This document shows positions 26,001-40,900 of a stretch of 64,000 nt of DNA, piece by piece. Location of the stretch: positions 12,772,001 to 12,836,000 of the forward strand of contig CP075494.1 in NCBI GenBank assembly GCA_021613535.1, in the 5' to 3' direction. The translations under genes were made by a program, and so were the position numbers. The notes beneath the pieces were generated by a model that worked only from the letters and a program-made list of their open reading frames with translations, was not told the origin of the DNA and did no database searches. Numbering within the stretch: the first letter of the stretch is position 1; the number at the start of each line of letters is the position of its first letter. Source of the stretch: Adineta vaga (taxonomy: Eukaryota; Animalia; Rotifera).

Positions 26001-29000
26001 AGCAGCTATACAAGGTCGTCAATGGCCACGTGCATTGGAAATACTTGAACAACAAAGAGATGAAAATGATCCAGAAATTGCCAAACATTATAAACAACTT
26101 GGTACGTATTCTACCAAATCTATTCCACTTACATTATAATCTTTTATTTAGCTCAGCATTTTGCTCATATTCAAGAATTCGAAAAAGCAGAATTATGTTA
26201 TTTGAAAGCCCAATGTCCAGGTGAAGCTGTCGAAATGTACAATCGTGCCGCTAAATGGGAACCAGCATTCCGTTAGTCTACTTAAATTTAAATAATTTTC
26301 CATCAAATTTTTTGTTTCTTTTTTCATAAATAGGTCTTGCTAAACAATACATGAATAAAGATGAAGTTACAAGATTATATTCGAATCAAGCGAAAGAACT
26401 AGAAGCTAAAGGACGTTATAAAGAAGCAGAAAAATTATACATTACTATTAATGATAATGCTGCAGCAATTCTTATGTATAAACGAACGAAAAATTACGAT
26501 GCATTAATTCGTCTTGTTCGTCAATATTATCCGGATAAAATGAAAGATACAGAGATTACCATTGCAAAAGAACTTGAACAAGAAAAACGATACAAAGAAG
26601 CAGAAATGCACTATGTTCAAGCTGGTGACTGGAAATCAGCTGCTAACATGTATCGTTTAACCGATAGTTGGGAAGATGCATATCGTAATTAAAATGATAT
26701 TTTAAGATTCATCAAAAATCTATTTGAATTATTTTATAGGTATTGCTCGACAACATGGAGGTCCAGTTCCAGCTCAACAAGTTGCATTCTTCTGGGCGAA
26801 GAAACTAGGTGGTGATGCAGGTGTTAAACTTCTAAATAAACTTGGCCATGCAGAACAAGCCCTTGATTTAGCTTGTGAACAACATGCATATGAGTTTGCA
26901 TTTGATATTGCTCGACTTCTTTTGAAAGATAAACTTCCCGAAGTACATTATAAATATGCGCTTCATTTGGAAGATGAACGTCGTTATGCGGAAGCTGAAG
27001 CAGAATTTCTTAAAGCGAAAAAACCACGAGATGCCGTTCTCATGTATGTACAAATTAAAGATTGGGATCGAGGTAAAAACGATTCAAATATATTGATGAA
27101 ATGAGTTATCTATTTTTTGATTTAGCACAAAGAATTGCTCAAGCAAATGATAAAGCTTTATTGAATGATGTTCTTATCGGTCAAGCTAAACAAGCATTTG
27201 ATAATAATGATTTTCCTAAAGCTGAAAGTTATCTTTTACAAGCACAACGACCTGACTTAGCTATTAAATTGTATCGAGATAACGGTATAATCATACATAT
27301 TCCGTTTCAGTCATTCTATTCTTCGTATTTTAGGTTCCATTCAAGATGCATTACGTGTTTGTCAAGAATACATGCCAAATAAACTTGATGAATTACGTGA
27401 TGAAATAGCTCGCAGTGGAGGTATGCATGAAACTCGAATGCAAACAAGTGGAGGTAATCGTCCAACAACAGCTTATAATAATGACAATAGTATTCTCGAA
27501 CAAGCTGCACGTTGTGAGTCACAAGGTGAATATCAACGTGCTGTCGATTTATATTTACGTCTATTACCACAACAAGATATTCCCAAGGAAACATTATTAA
27601 AATCTTATTTAAAAGCAAGTGATTTAGCACGAAAATTTCTACCTGAAAGTAAAGCTCAACATGTTATACGAACAATTGGTCCACGTCTTGTTCAACTTGG
27701 ATATGCTAATCAAGCGGCTGAACAATATCTAGTCGTTGAATTATACAAAGAAGCTGTTGAAGCATTTGTTGCAGGCAAACAATGGGAAAAAGCGAAGAAA
27801 TTAGCGCTAGAAGTTGATCCACAATTAGCGAAATATGTTGATAGTGTTTATAAGAAACATTTACAAGAAAGTGGTAATGCAAAAGAAATGACACATGTTG
27901 ATGTTGCAGCTGCATTGGATATATTTGTTGAGCGAAATCAATGGGAAGAATGTTTTGCCGAAGCACAAAAACATGGTCCACTTGTTTTACATAGTTATTT
28001 AGCAAAATATGCTGCAAAAATGATCCAAGCAAATCGAGCAGAATTAGTGGCTAATGTTTATAAGAAATATGGAGCTATTGCTATACCACAAAATTTGAAA
28101 ATTTATAAAGCATTATTCTATCGTATGTCAAGAATTGATTCGTTGAGACATGACAATTATTCAAAATGGGCAGATATTCGAGATGTTTTACATGATGTTT
28201 TCGAAAATATGAATTCATCAGCATCAGGAGGAGCAGGTGGTATACAAAAAGAAATAGAAGAACAAAAACCGACATTTGAAATACTTCTTTGGTAAATAAA
28301 ATTCATTTTTAAGAATATGTAATAGAATCATTTCTTTCTTTTTTAGGATTGCTCATATGAATGCAATGCGTGCTGCTTGTTCCGAACATGAACAACTCGA
28401 TACTGTCACAGCTAAACTTTCAATTTCACTTCTTCGTCATTCGGATATATTACCAGTAGATCGTGCATTCTATGAAGCTGGTATTATGTGTCGAAAAGTG
28501 AATTGGAATGAAATGTCAATGATGTTTCTCAATCGTTATTTGGATGTTGTTGATGCTATTGAAGAACATAATCCCGATATGTTAGCAACATCAGATTTTG
28601 TTGAAACAGATATACCATATGAAATTGAATTGCCTGATCAACCGACATTACCACCGGAACAACATGAAAAAGTGAAAGAACATGTGTTAACACTTTCAAT
28701 GAAGCAAGCTGTAAGTTTGCGATAAAATTATTTCTTTTTTTTGATTGAGTATATTTTTTTCATATCTAGGTTAAACCAGCACTTCGTCGTGATTCACGTA
28801 ATTGTATTGAATTTTCCTTGGTCAATCCTGAGACAAATGAACGTGCATCACCTTGTGTTATTACTGGTTATCCAGTTCTCGATGATCATGTTCTTTTCGA
28901 TCGATTCAATCTTATGGCAAACAAAGAAGATTGGAATAAATTTATACTTTCAGCAAAATCTATTCGTCGAGAAAGTTTACAAGATTGCCTGAAATTCTTA

Positions 29001-29039
29001 ACGAAATGGACGGGAACACAACCAAATGTCAGTTTGTAG
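23040..29039 (+). CDS. IFT172: Intraflagellar transport protein 172, multi-exon
   Basis: N-terminal WD40 (RDRFATKP, LAIAQSDNIVFVYKLG.DW.EKKSI), long TPR-like solenoid, C-terminal DFVETDIPYEI and CVITGYPV; short GT-AG introns join the ORF pieces. Confidence 0.97.
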
Positions 29040-29188
29040 TTATTCTGTTTTCTAAGCGTTTTTTTCTCTTTGGAAAAGAAAAAAATGGAGTGAAATACAT
29101 TTTCAAAAATAAACTCATTGTCTCGTATTTTAATCTTATAATAAAACATTAAATGTGTTATGCATATTCAACTGACATTTTGTCTCAC

Positions 29189-29209
29189 TATATATATATA
29201 TATATATAT
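29189..29209. repeat. (TA)n microsatellite
   Basis: tatatata... run read directly. Confidence 0.85.
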
Positions 29210-29516
29210 ACGGCTACTAATAGAACAAGCATATGTAAAAGTTTCTAAGACAACATCGTTGTTTGATTAGTTCTTTCTTTCAAAGTGTGTGCATGTGTGA
29301 TGCACTTATCGATAGATCTCTCATATTCTAATTACAACTCGTCTACAATACTGTTTCTTCTCTCTCTCTCTTCATATTTCATCTTTTCAATTCTGAAACA
29401 AACAAAAAAAAAGAAAAAGGCAGAAAGACATACTAGTTAAGAACTTATGATTGTTCTCGTTCTATTCACGATGTTGATGTAACTACAAAACAATCGACGA
29501 ACAAATATCGACAGTG

Positions 29517-31294
29517 ATGATCTTTCGTACGATGTTTGGCAAATGGAACATACCGTGGATGACAATGATTACGTACAATCAACGTTTATCACTTGTGATT
29601 ATTATTTTAACATCATTGTCTGTTCTACTTGTGGTAACATCAGCCGCTGCTTTTATCTATGTTACTCGAAAAGGTGATTTCGAAAGGAATCATTTTCTAA
29701 ACAAACGAATAAAAACTATATATTTTTTTAGAGAAAATTCTTCGAAAGTCACATTTAACAACAGTTATTACAATCATATTTTTCGAATTAGCATTTTTAA
29801 TTGCTGTTGTTAGTTGCTGTAGTATTCAATCAACAAGTAAAATACTGAAAAATTCCATTTTTCTTTTATCATCATCAACTCTTTTCTTGTAGACATTCAA
29901 GGTCAAATTTTAGCTGCTCTTCTCATTGTTCTTTCTTTTCTTGCTCTGATGATACTCATCTATTTCTTACGTAAATACTTTTTTTTAATGAACTTCTTCT
30001 TTAATTTAATTAAGTTTCATTCTATTAGTTGAAGATATACTGAAAGAACGCGTTGGACCAAATCTACAGGATAATATTCCCGTTAGAACATTTACTGTAC
30101 AAGAAGCTAATACAATTAATCGACCGAAGTCACCAATACCACCACCACCACCACCTGCAGATGAAATAGCTATACCAATTCCAGTCTCACCTGTACTTCC
30201 ATCATTACCACGATTACCAACACCACCAGTACCACATGAATCTCCTGCTCTTCCATCATCATCATCGCCTCCGCCACAACTATCGGAGAAACCTGCTTCA
30301 CCACCTGTAACTCCTTCACCTTCTGAGCATTCAACAAGTTCAGTACATGAACAAGACATTCCGCAACTTCCGGAATCACCTCCACCTTATGTAAATAATT
30401 ATGAAAGAATTCGTCGAGGTAAACGAATAACGCAAAGTTAAATTTCATAACTATCTCATTTTTTCTTTGTTATATAGATCTTTTGGCAGCTATTGAAGAA
30501 CGAACAATCCCTGCATTGGAAGAAGCTATTCAACTAGTGAAAGATCATGATTATATTCAACCATTAAAATATGAATGTGAACGAGCATTGGAATTATTGA
30601 ATCGTTTAATGAAAATCGAACATATGAAGTAAATAAATCAGTTCAATTAGTATTATGACACACGGCTGCTTACCTACTTCTTTAGATTTTCACCTGTTCC
30701 TTGGAGAAGGTAGTTGAGCTTGATCTCTCTTTATTTTTTCACATGCATGTACAAGTAGGAATCACTTGATATTTGATTTTAATTCTAATTTTACATTTAG
30801 AATCAGAGTCCTTCGATTAAATCAATCAACAATTGCAGAATTACATAGTTATACCAAACCACCAGATGAAGTATTAACAGTGATGCGTGCGACATTTTTA
30901 CTTCTTGGACACTACGATAGAGAAATACAAGTAATTTTATTCTACAGTATTCTATACGAGTTAATACTTTGGTAATATTTAGGATTGGCCACAAATTCAA
31001 AGTTTATTGGGTCGATTTGGACGAGAAAGTATACGTCGTCGTTGTTATGAATTGAATCCACTCAGTATTCCTGTTGATAAAGCACATGAAGCGAAAGATA
31101 TCTTAAGAAATTATGATCTGATTCGAGTTACAGAAATTTCTGTAGGTCTTGCAGCATTTTTCAATTGGGTAACGAAATCAATATTTATTCATTTTCAAAA
31201 ACTTTGAAAGATATTTTGTTTTCTTTTGTAGTCTATAACGATGGTAGAAGAACGAGAGAAATTATTAGAATCGCAACGAAGAATTAATCGATGA
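29517..31294 (+). CDS. 3-TM membrane protein with Pro-rich linker and C-terminal dynein-stalk/MTBD-like domain, 8 exons
   Basis: GT-AG splicing gives one frame: three hydrophobic helices, Pro-rich stretch ending SPPPY, helix, then LNQSTIAELHSYTKPPDEVLTVMRATFLLLG...DWPQIQSLL...ISVGLAAFFNW; stop at 31292-31294. Confidence 0.8.
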
Positions 31295-31559
31295 AGAATT
31301 TTCTTTGTGAACAAATCAAAATAAGAAAAAGAACATGAGTTTTATTTTACATAAATTATACGAACGCAGAATTGTTTTATAATTAATAAAAAAAAAACGT
31401 TTGATTTTGTGTATCCTCTATTATTAACACGATATATAAATTTTAAAGAAAAATTTTATTGAATTCAAACAATGATGAGTAGAAAGGCGTTGACAGAAAA
31501 GACAACAACAACAACAAAATGATGAGTATCACAAAAGCACACACACACATAATCTACAA

Positions 31560-34500
31560 TTAACTATCTTCTACAATGCTCGTTTCTGTATATTCTGGTA
31601 ATAATCTAGTCGTACTAAACACTTCAGCACTGGCATTCACTGCTACAGCATATGCATCTTCATCATCATCTTGTCGATCAAATAGTAATTGTATATTCTC
31701 TGATTGTCGATGAGGTGTAGTGATATATTGTCCACCAATACTACTCGTCGATGATAAAGATGTTGTTGATAAACGTTTGAATTTATTATCGATTGGATAA
31801 CGTTGTACAATAGTTGTATCATCTTCATCAACAGATGATGATTGCTTTCGTTGTTGTTCAACTTCAAGTTGATGCAATATATGACGAATATCATGTGCAA
31901 GCTGAGTAAATGTTGGCCGTAGAGCAGGATCGGCATGCCAACAAATTGCCATCGCTGATTTGTATAACAAAGGTGGGCAATAAGTTGGTTGTTGAAGACG
32001 ATAACCATGTTTAATATAAGTGAATATATCTGCATTATCAATACCTGGATAAGGTGTTTTACCGCGACTCATTAATTCCCAAAGAAGAATACCAAATGAC
32101 CACTAAAAACATAAAGAAACAAACACTGAAATCTTTAAAAACGAAATCAAATTCAATAAAACGTACGACATCCGATTGAATAGTATATTTCGATGATTCA
32201 ATGGATTCTGGACTTAACCATCGAATAGGTAAACGTCGTGGTGTTACTTGAATTGCTTTACCATCATTTTCTTTTGTTGTCGTTGGTACAACATAGTAAT
32301 CTCGATCGACGACATCTCGGCTAAGACCAAAATCTGATATTCGACAAACTAATTCTTCATCTAACATACAATTTCTTGTTGCTAAATCTCGATGAACAAA
32401 TTTCAATGATGATAAATATTCCATTCCATCCGCTGTTTGTATAGCCCATGTAATTAATTGTCTTACAGTCGGTCGATTTTTTTCATTCGATATATAACTT
32501 CGAAGATCACCATTTTTCATAAATGGTAAAAGTACCATTGCTTTTCGAGTTGGATCCCATGAAACGCCAATTAACGAAAGAATATTTGGATGAGAAAAAT
32601 CTTTCATACGATTAGCTTCATATAAAAATTCATGCATGGATGAAACATTTTGATCACGTAAGACTTTAATTGCAACTTCAAGTATTTTATTTCCCTGACG
32701 TTTCAATTCACCACGATAGACATCACCAAAACAACCTTGACCAACTTTCTCTTGAATTGTAAGATCTTTTCGATCAATTTGTCGAGTTTTACCAAGTTCA
32801 CACCAAATCGATTGATAATATTGTGGTGGTTTGGTTTCTTTACGAAAAGTTTGCGAACCATGATATAATCGACGACGAGTTATGATAACTAAGGTAAATA
32901 CAAGTGTTAGAATAGTTACAGAAGATAGAATGATGAATATTAAAATTGTTATTGAACCAAATTGTGAAGACATATGTGTAGTACTTAATAATGATGATGT
33001 TTGACTTTGATTTTGAAACAAAAGTCTTCCAATAGAGAATGTTAAGTTCGTTCCTACTAGAATCTAAAAGAATATAAAATATTTTTAAACTCTGTATTAC
33101 TACATCATTTAAAACATACTTCAACAGTGGGCTCTGAATTTTCAAAATTCTTCATCATAGATTTTGATAATGAGCATAATAATTGAGTTTCAGTCAAATT
33201 AAATGGTATACATGCATTATTGATATCATTAATTCGTATATCAACATCATCAATTGAATGTGTAGTCGAAAGATTTGTACCCTATTCGATAAAGAGATAT
33301 CCTATTAGAAAATAAAGATAATTAAGTGTTGATTACTTCGATTTGAATAATATTGGATGAATTGATTTGTTGAATTGAATCTTCAAATGAATGATAAGTC
33401 GGATCATTCACAATCGTTAAAATATTATTATCAGGTTTTATCTTCATATTATCCATTATGAATAATACACGAAGATCAAATATGGGAGTAACATCAAGAT
33501 TTTTATCAATTGTTGGTGATAAACAAATCATTTGAGATGTTGATATCACTTCACATATCTATAAAACAATTGATTTCTTATTCCTATCTACTCATGTATC
33601 TTTCACTCACTGTAGTTAATTCGAAGACTGAAACATTATAAATAAATTTCATTAGAGGTTTGTGTACAACATCAAGATTTTGACCAAATATAGTCAATTT
33701 CATTCCTCCACTAAAAGAGAACTTCGATTATTTTTAAATAATAAATTACCAATAAATACCTTAGAATTGCTCTTTTTGGTTCCCAATTAAATACAATTGG
33801 ATTAGCTCGACATTGAAAAAATGTTTTTTCTAATTGCCATAGTTGATTATTTACTCGAATATTTAATTCAAGTCGTTCTCTGTCATTTGTACATGCTTGA
33901 TTAATACATTCAATTTCATCCATTGTATAATCATATTTCGATATAGGACATTCTCGTTTACCAAGATAAACTTTTACAGTTGAATAAATATTGAAATCTA
34001 AATTTGCTATATGAATCTTTGTTCCACCACTAGCAGGACCATAATCAGGTACTAGAATTGCTTTTGGTATCTAAACCAAGCCTTTACTTTTTAACTCTTC
34101 CAAACGAAACGTTCACTTACATAAACATTGAATTCTTCTGAAAAGTTAATTGAACCTGATATGTCAGTATCACCGATTGCTAATGATTTTTCAGGCTTAA
34201 TATTAATTGATATCACGCCTTTAGCAGATTGTTTTGGAAGAAGTAGATCACACGTTAAACTAAAAGATAAAAAATTGATTTACAGAATGAAATCATCTAT
34301 CACACACAAACAGACCTATCATTATCTATGCTTTCAATTGTACAAAAGAAATCATGTTGATTTGGTAATGGAAATGTTACTTGAACTGATACTGAATCTG
34401 CTTGTATTCCTTCAAATGAACCTTTGATTGTCATTGTAACTTTTTCCATATTTACAGTCGCATTTATTGGTTGAATCTAATAACAAATTTCTTTAGTAGA

Positions 34501-36127
34501 AAGAAAACGAAATTGAATAACAAACTTGAGTAATTATTGGTGGACATCCACGAGCACCGATGTCTAAATTTGTAGATAGAACACATTTTCCATCAGACCA
34601 AATGCATGGTTTAGTATCATAGCGTCGACTACCAACACAAGATTGACATGAATCATACAGCGCACAGGAATTATAATTATAGCGATGAAGCTAAAGAGTA
34701 ATAATTCAATAGAATACTTTCGGAAAGAAAACAAGAACACATACTTCAGTACCAACAGCAAATACTAGTGCTTCTTGTTTCTCGTCAACCACATATTGAC
34801 TATTGAATGGTTCACGATGATATACAGTTTCATGTAAAAGATTTAGTATCGTTTGATTAGAACGAATAAACTATAATTTAAAACAAAATCTAAGTTGAAA
34901 ATATTCAATCTCTGTAATTATGTAAATACCTTTAGAACATGTCGTTGACTTGTACCAAAAATAACAATATTTTCTTGAGCAAAAATGAATCTAATCTTCA
35001 CATCTATTTCCACACTTTGATAAAGTTTTTCTCCAATTGCACCTACAGTTCCATTCATATACGTATTCATTCGATACGGTTGCCATGTACATTCGTTAAC
35101 TTCATTTAAATTCTGTTCAACTGTCTATAAAATGAATAGACAAGAAGAAAAAAATGCAAATTTTTTCAAAAATATTTCAATCAATTACTTTTTCACACAT
35201 CGGTCGTCCTTCATCACTATCAACAATATGTGAAAGACGATATCCGATTCCATTTCGACAGGCAATTCTTGATGCTTTAAATGCTCGTATAATTTCATTC
35301 ATTGTATAAATACAGACAGTATTCTCATAATTGACATATAAATAATCAAATTTTTCAAAGGCATGAAAGGCTCCTGTAATCATTGAAGAATTCGTCTGAC
35401 AACTTATCAATGGAATTTCTTCATAACTCATTCGCATAGCAATTGATGCTTGACATAATCGTCCTATACGTGATGATTTTAATAAATAATATGTATGTTG
35501 TTGATAATCAAATCCATAGATATATTCCATATCGGAAAGTTTTTCCGGTAAAAATGTTAATGAGGTGATTAATGTATCATCACTTGATTGAAATTGATAT
35601 TTGATATTAAAATGAAATGAATCTTGTTTAAATTCAATTTGTGAATTAATAAGATTTCCATTTCGATCTCGACGATTTCCGTTTAAGGCCGAACGAAGAA
35701 TAGTATTGGATGATAAAAATGTATAACAACCAGATAAACAACCGAGATAATTTGTTTCAATTGTTGAATCAAGAAGATAGACACGACTGATATCATTTGC
35801 ATCATAGAATATACAGCGACCAATTGATGAACGAGAACATATGATTAATAGATGTTTCGAATGATCATAGAGAAAAACACTAACACCATGTTCGATATTA
35901 TCTAGTGAAGAATGAAGTTGAACACGTCGATGAAGTAATAATAATGTTTGATTTGAAGTTGACCAATGTAGTTGATGTAAATGCGAAGAAGATATGGTAT
36001 ATAATGTTGAAGTATTTGTAACATAGAGTAAATTATCAATAGATGAATCGAATGTATAAGCTTGTATTATGATTATTATTTGAGTTATTAAGATGAATAA
36101 AGCGACGAGAAGTTTATTTGAATTCAT
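31560..36127 (-). CDS. MET/RON-like receptor tyrosine kinase, multi-exon
   Basis: Signal peptide, Sema-like domain (SRIGRLCQ, YEEIPLISC), PSI Cys cluster, IPT repeats (PDYGPASGGTKI), TM helix, kinase GQGCFGDV / VAIK / FVHRDLATRNCML / ISDFGLSRD..DRDYY / LPIRW. Confidence 0.92.
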
Positions 36128-37660
36128 AACTAAAAGAAAATGTATAAAGACATGTGGGAAGAAATAGAAGTGTCAATGAAATAGATTGCTTTGATTTGTA
36201 TTTTATTGGATTCTATTCAAATGAGATATGACGCCTTATTGATGGAAATAAACAATAGAAGAAGAGAGAATAAAAATGTTTATTTTTCAGGAAGTCGTTA
36301 GAATTGTATGCTAATAGTGTATATTTATTAAGAAATCGTTTCGAATTTCTAATTGTTGTTATATTAATAGACAGTAACACATCTCACAAGGTGAAAACGA
36401 TACTCATTTTACTTACATGAAGAAAGGGAAAGATTGTAATGAGGAAGATTAGTTTCTTCTTCAGCTTCTCATTTTTCAATTAAATGTTACGCATGTATCA
36501 ACTATAAGGAATAAAAATAGATATTTACCTTGCTTTGATTCACAATCAGTACTCTCTATCGGTCATTTAGTGGTTGTTATCAACCATATTGTACTTGCTA
36601 TTCATTCTCATTCGTCTGTATGTATTCGTTTTGTAATCATTTCGGTCATCGTCCGAAAGGAAGATTAACATACAACGAATATGCACAGCCTACAATTATA
36701 TACGCGGTCAACTTGTTTCTGTTGTTCGTTTGTATGTTCATTGAGAGTAAAGAAAGAAAAAGTGAAAAATCCTCATGTCATTTTCAATAGATCGAACAAG
36801 AATAAATGAGAATTTAGTTGATGGATATATAACCTTCAAATGTGAATAGAAAAGAGGTGATTAACAAAAAACCAACTAATGTAAGCTTTTGAGATTGTTC
36901 AATTGAAATAACAAAGTTTGTCCTTTACAGATCATTAATCAGAAAATGTTTTGTAATGAATCAAAATTAATGAGGGTTGAAAAAGTTAGGATAATTATAT
37001 AGTATAGAATATTTTCTCTATATGTAGATACAAACATTGGTGAACTGTATGGATCATTCTTGTGAATAACGAATCTATGTGAACTGATTCTTCTTATATA
37101 TTTGCTAATTATCCATTATCATATTTAGTCATTTATCAATGAATGTTAGAGTTTTCACTTAACATTGAAGTGAGGATGTTTACTTTAGACACATTTGCGA
37201 CGTATAACTTCATAGAATTCAATTGTTGACATAGTACAACGCTTCAAGGTGTTGAGAATCATTTGTGAATGTAACAAAAAATCTCTTTTCTAAGTTAGAT
37301 ATCTTCCTATTAGAAAACAAAAACGAATCGAGATTATCGTTATATAAACATAATCTTCAAATCATATTCGATTGTAAGTTATAGAAGATATCTTTTGTTT
37401 TCTTTTCATATTATAATAATATTGATAGAAATCGAATAGATAAGTGAATATAATAAAAAAAAACGAGACCAATAGAAGAGACAAGAAAAAAAAGAAGAAG
37501 GTGGTCAACCACGTGGCAAAATCATAAAAATCACAGTAGGTGACATTGAGACTCTACAGAAACGGTGGGAAAAGAAAGGTTGTTTTCCTAACAATCAAAA
37601 TACAAACGCGGACAACATGTAAGAATGGATATTTCTTCTGATACTGCGCAAAACGAAAAT

Positions 37661-37680
37661 ACACACACACACACACACAC
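37661..37680. repeat. (AC)10 microsatellite
   Basis: acacacac... run read directly. Confidence 0.85.
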
Positions 37681-37974
37681 GAACATATATATGAAGATAC
37701 AGTGACCGGTAAAAATAATAGTTGATTATAAGGAAGATTTCTATTGCACGATAAATTGAAAATAAATTAAATTTTTAATTAAGATTAATTTTGCGCGTCA
37801 GATCAGAATGACGATACTTTCTTTTTCAAACGCGTTTTGATTCTATGATATGCAAAAAAGAGTACAATAGAGGAATGTGCGTTTTTCAGTTTGAAACATA
37901 TAAATGCATGCGTGTGAAACCACTGTTAGCAGAAAAATTAGATACGAAGAAAAAAAACAACAGAATAAATTTGA

Positions 37975-40900
37975 TTAAAATTGATCTTCAAGTAATTCAC
38001 CAAGACGACTAGCAACGCCAGCTTTGCTTGAGCGAATAGTTAGACGATACATCTATAAATGAATAAAAAATAAATGATTGAAAATATCGATACCATGTAA
38101 ACATACTTTTGCTTGTTTATTTGGTTCAAGTCGATAGAGACAACCGATTTGTTGTGCAGAAGTATGTAAAATACCAGCACCACAAAAATTATCGGCATTG
38201 ACATCTATTCCTTGTAGATTACTCCAACCAAAACTGTCGATCTAGATTAAATCAATTATAAATCAAATGAAATATTCGCATCATTAACTCACTTTTTGAC
38301 GACAATCCTCATGATTCATTGGATATTTGGCTGGAAAGATTTTTTGACATTCTTGATCAGGTCTAAAAATAAACATATGAGTTTACAAATTAACATAAAC
38401 TGAAAGTAAAAGTCGACATATTTGTTTTCTTAAGAACTATCTTTCTAAAATGCGTCTCTACAGATTAGTTTTTCCCGACAATACATACTTATCAAGATTT
38501 CGCCAACGAAGAAAATAATTGTTTGAATCCATTTCGGCTTTTTCAATAAATTTACTAATATATATCGGAAGAGAAAAATCAATCTTTTGTGGTACATTGC
38601 TATAACTAGATATAAATCAATGTAAAAATAAATTCATTATCGTTTTTCATTATTAATAATTAACTTACAAAAATGTAACACTCATTTTTGGTAAATCATG
38701 AAAGTCTTGTAAACATTCTATTGTTCCTGCTTGTTTAATTTGTGCTCTTGGATCGATTGTTGTTTGAATTGATTCCATATTAATTCGAAGTCCTTTGAAA
38801 AACAAAATAGCTCTCTTTCTTTAATTTAAACTTTCTTTTACCTGGATCTAATTCATCATTTAAACTAATATTAGTTGATATATTTGTTAAATTAAAGTTT
38901 GTTTTATTTCCATAATAAAATTCAACTCGTAAAATACTTTTCGTCAATTCACCTTTGATACCTATTTGTATGATATCATTTTCAAAGATAATATCGCTAT
39001 TTTTGAATGAGAATTTTTTCGTCGAGTGTACGGATGTTGTTGATGGAAGTGATGAGGATGTTGATGTTTCATAATAACCATTCGATTCAGTTGTATCAAG
39101 AGAAACAAGAAGTCCATTTTGTTGTTGCTGTTGTTGTTGTTGATTTAGATGCATCTGTAAAAGAACAAATGAAAGGTATATTTTTCAACATGATCTTCTT
39201 TTCTTACAGCAGTATCAGTAAGTTTAGGACCATCATCTGTATGTGCACTTGGTGTAGTTGGTTGTTCAGTACCAGTTTCTGCTTCCATCAAAGGTTTCTT
39301 TTGTTTCAAACGAACGAGTAATGGTGATTGTTTTTCTGGGTAAGGTGGCATAATTTCTAAAACAGTAGCTAATACAGTCGGACTGCATATTTCACTTAAT
39401 CGAAGATATTCAGTTGCTCGTTGTTGAATTTCGACATCTGAACTACGAAAATTTGAATCATGACGAAGAATCTATAATAAATAGTCGATTATCTTTAAAG
39501 AATAATTTCATCTATTATTAATTTTTACTTCTTGAATATGTAATTTGATTTCTGGAAATAAATTAATAAATTTCATGTAAGTTGATAAAATTAAAGAACG
39601 TGTTGTTGATGAACAAAGATGATATTTTGAATGAAGTAAATCAAATTGAACCATAGGTCTAAAAACGAAATTATCATTTGAAAATAAATGTTTTTTTTCT
39701 TTCTCAATTTTCATTCACTTACGTTGATCGTGGATCGAGTGCAATTAGATTTCCATATTCACCAAGAATATATCCAGCAACTTTTATCATATTTTCATGA
39801 CAAGCAGGTGCTTGTAAAGCTTCAAATGCTATTTTAGCTGCATAACTTTGAACATCAGTTCGATTGACAACAACTTGTATAACACGATACCAAACCTATG
39901 AAAACCGATTTCTTAATTATTCGAAAAGACATTCTTATAATCAATTACTTCTTCGGAAACAAAATCTCCGGCAATACGAATTAATTTAAGCATTATATCT
40001 AGGTACCATTTATAATCAACTGCATATTTTTCACTTAGAATAGCAATTTTAAGAACCTGAAAACGAAAGATATTATTGATGAAAATAAAATCAAGCTGAT
40101 AGAATTTACCATTTCTTCTCGAATTGTATAATCAGCAGTTTCAAGATATGTTAACATTTCTTGTACAATATCTTCGGCATTTGATCGATCACACATTGCA
40201 TAGAGAAGATCAACAGCCCGTTGACGTACACTAACATCACGTTCGCTCTAAAACAAATCAAATTCGATCTTATATTTTAATCGTATATCATCTCCTACTT
40301 TTAATGCATTTATAACTGTTTCTTGATGTTTTTTAACTGCTTCATGTGAAAATTCCGATGCTGCTAATAAGCACATGCTTTCCAAAGCAAGATATCGAAG
40401 ATTGGTTTCGCGATTTTGTAGAAATTGACCAAGTTGATTACAAGCACGTACGAGTAAACTTGATTCACAATCCATATGTATAATCAAATTAATTGCTTCA
40501 AATAAAACAGCATTACGTGCATTTGAATGTTGAACTTTTTTGGATTTTAATGGTTCTTGAGCTTTATTTAGAATTGTATCAAGACATTCATTTAAACGAC
40601 TTCGAATTGATGGATCATCTATACAAAGATAACGAGAAGATAACATAAAAGTAAATAAATTATATCTAACATACCTGGTGGTGGATAATTTTGTAATAAT
40701 CTTAATAATTTTACACATAACCATGGTGCCGGAACAAAATAATAAGTATAATCTTGAAAATCCGTATAAGATGATGTAACAATCTAACAAAATATGAATT
40801 TCATTAACGAAAAATATAGTCGGAAAATATCAAAACATACTCTGCTTAAACGTGATACAGCTAAATTAACACAACCTTTATATTCATCTGGATTACGTTT

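Noticed and set aside
23040-29039. Fragmented IFT172 ORFs as frameshifts or pseudogenisation
   Set aside because: The breaks checked coincide with short GT-AG introns that restore the frame.
30006-30448. Gly-rich minus-strand ORFs
   Set aside because: Antisense shadow of the Pro-rich plus-strand exon.
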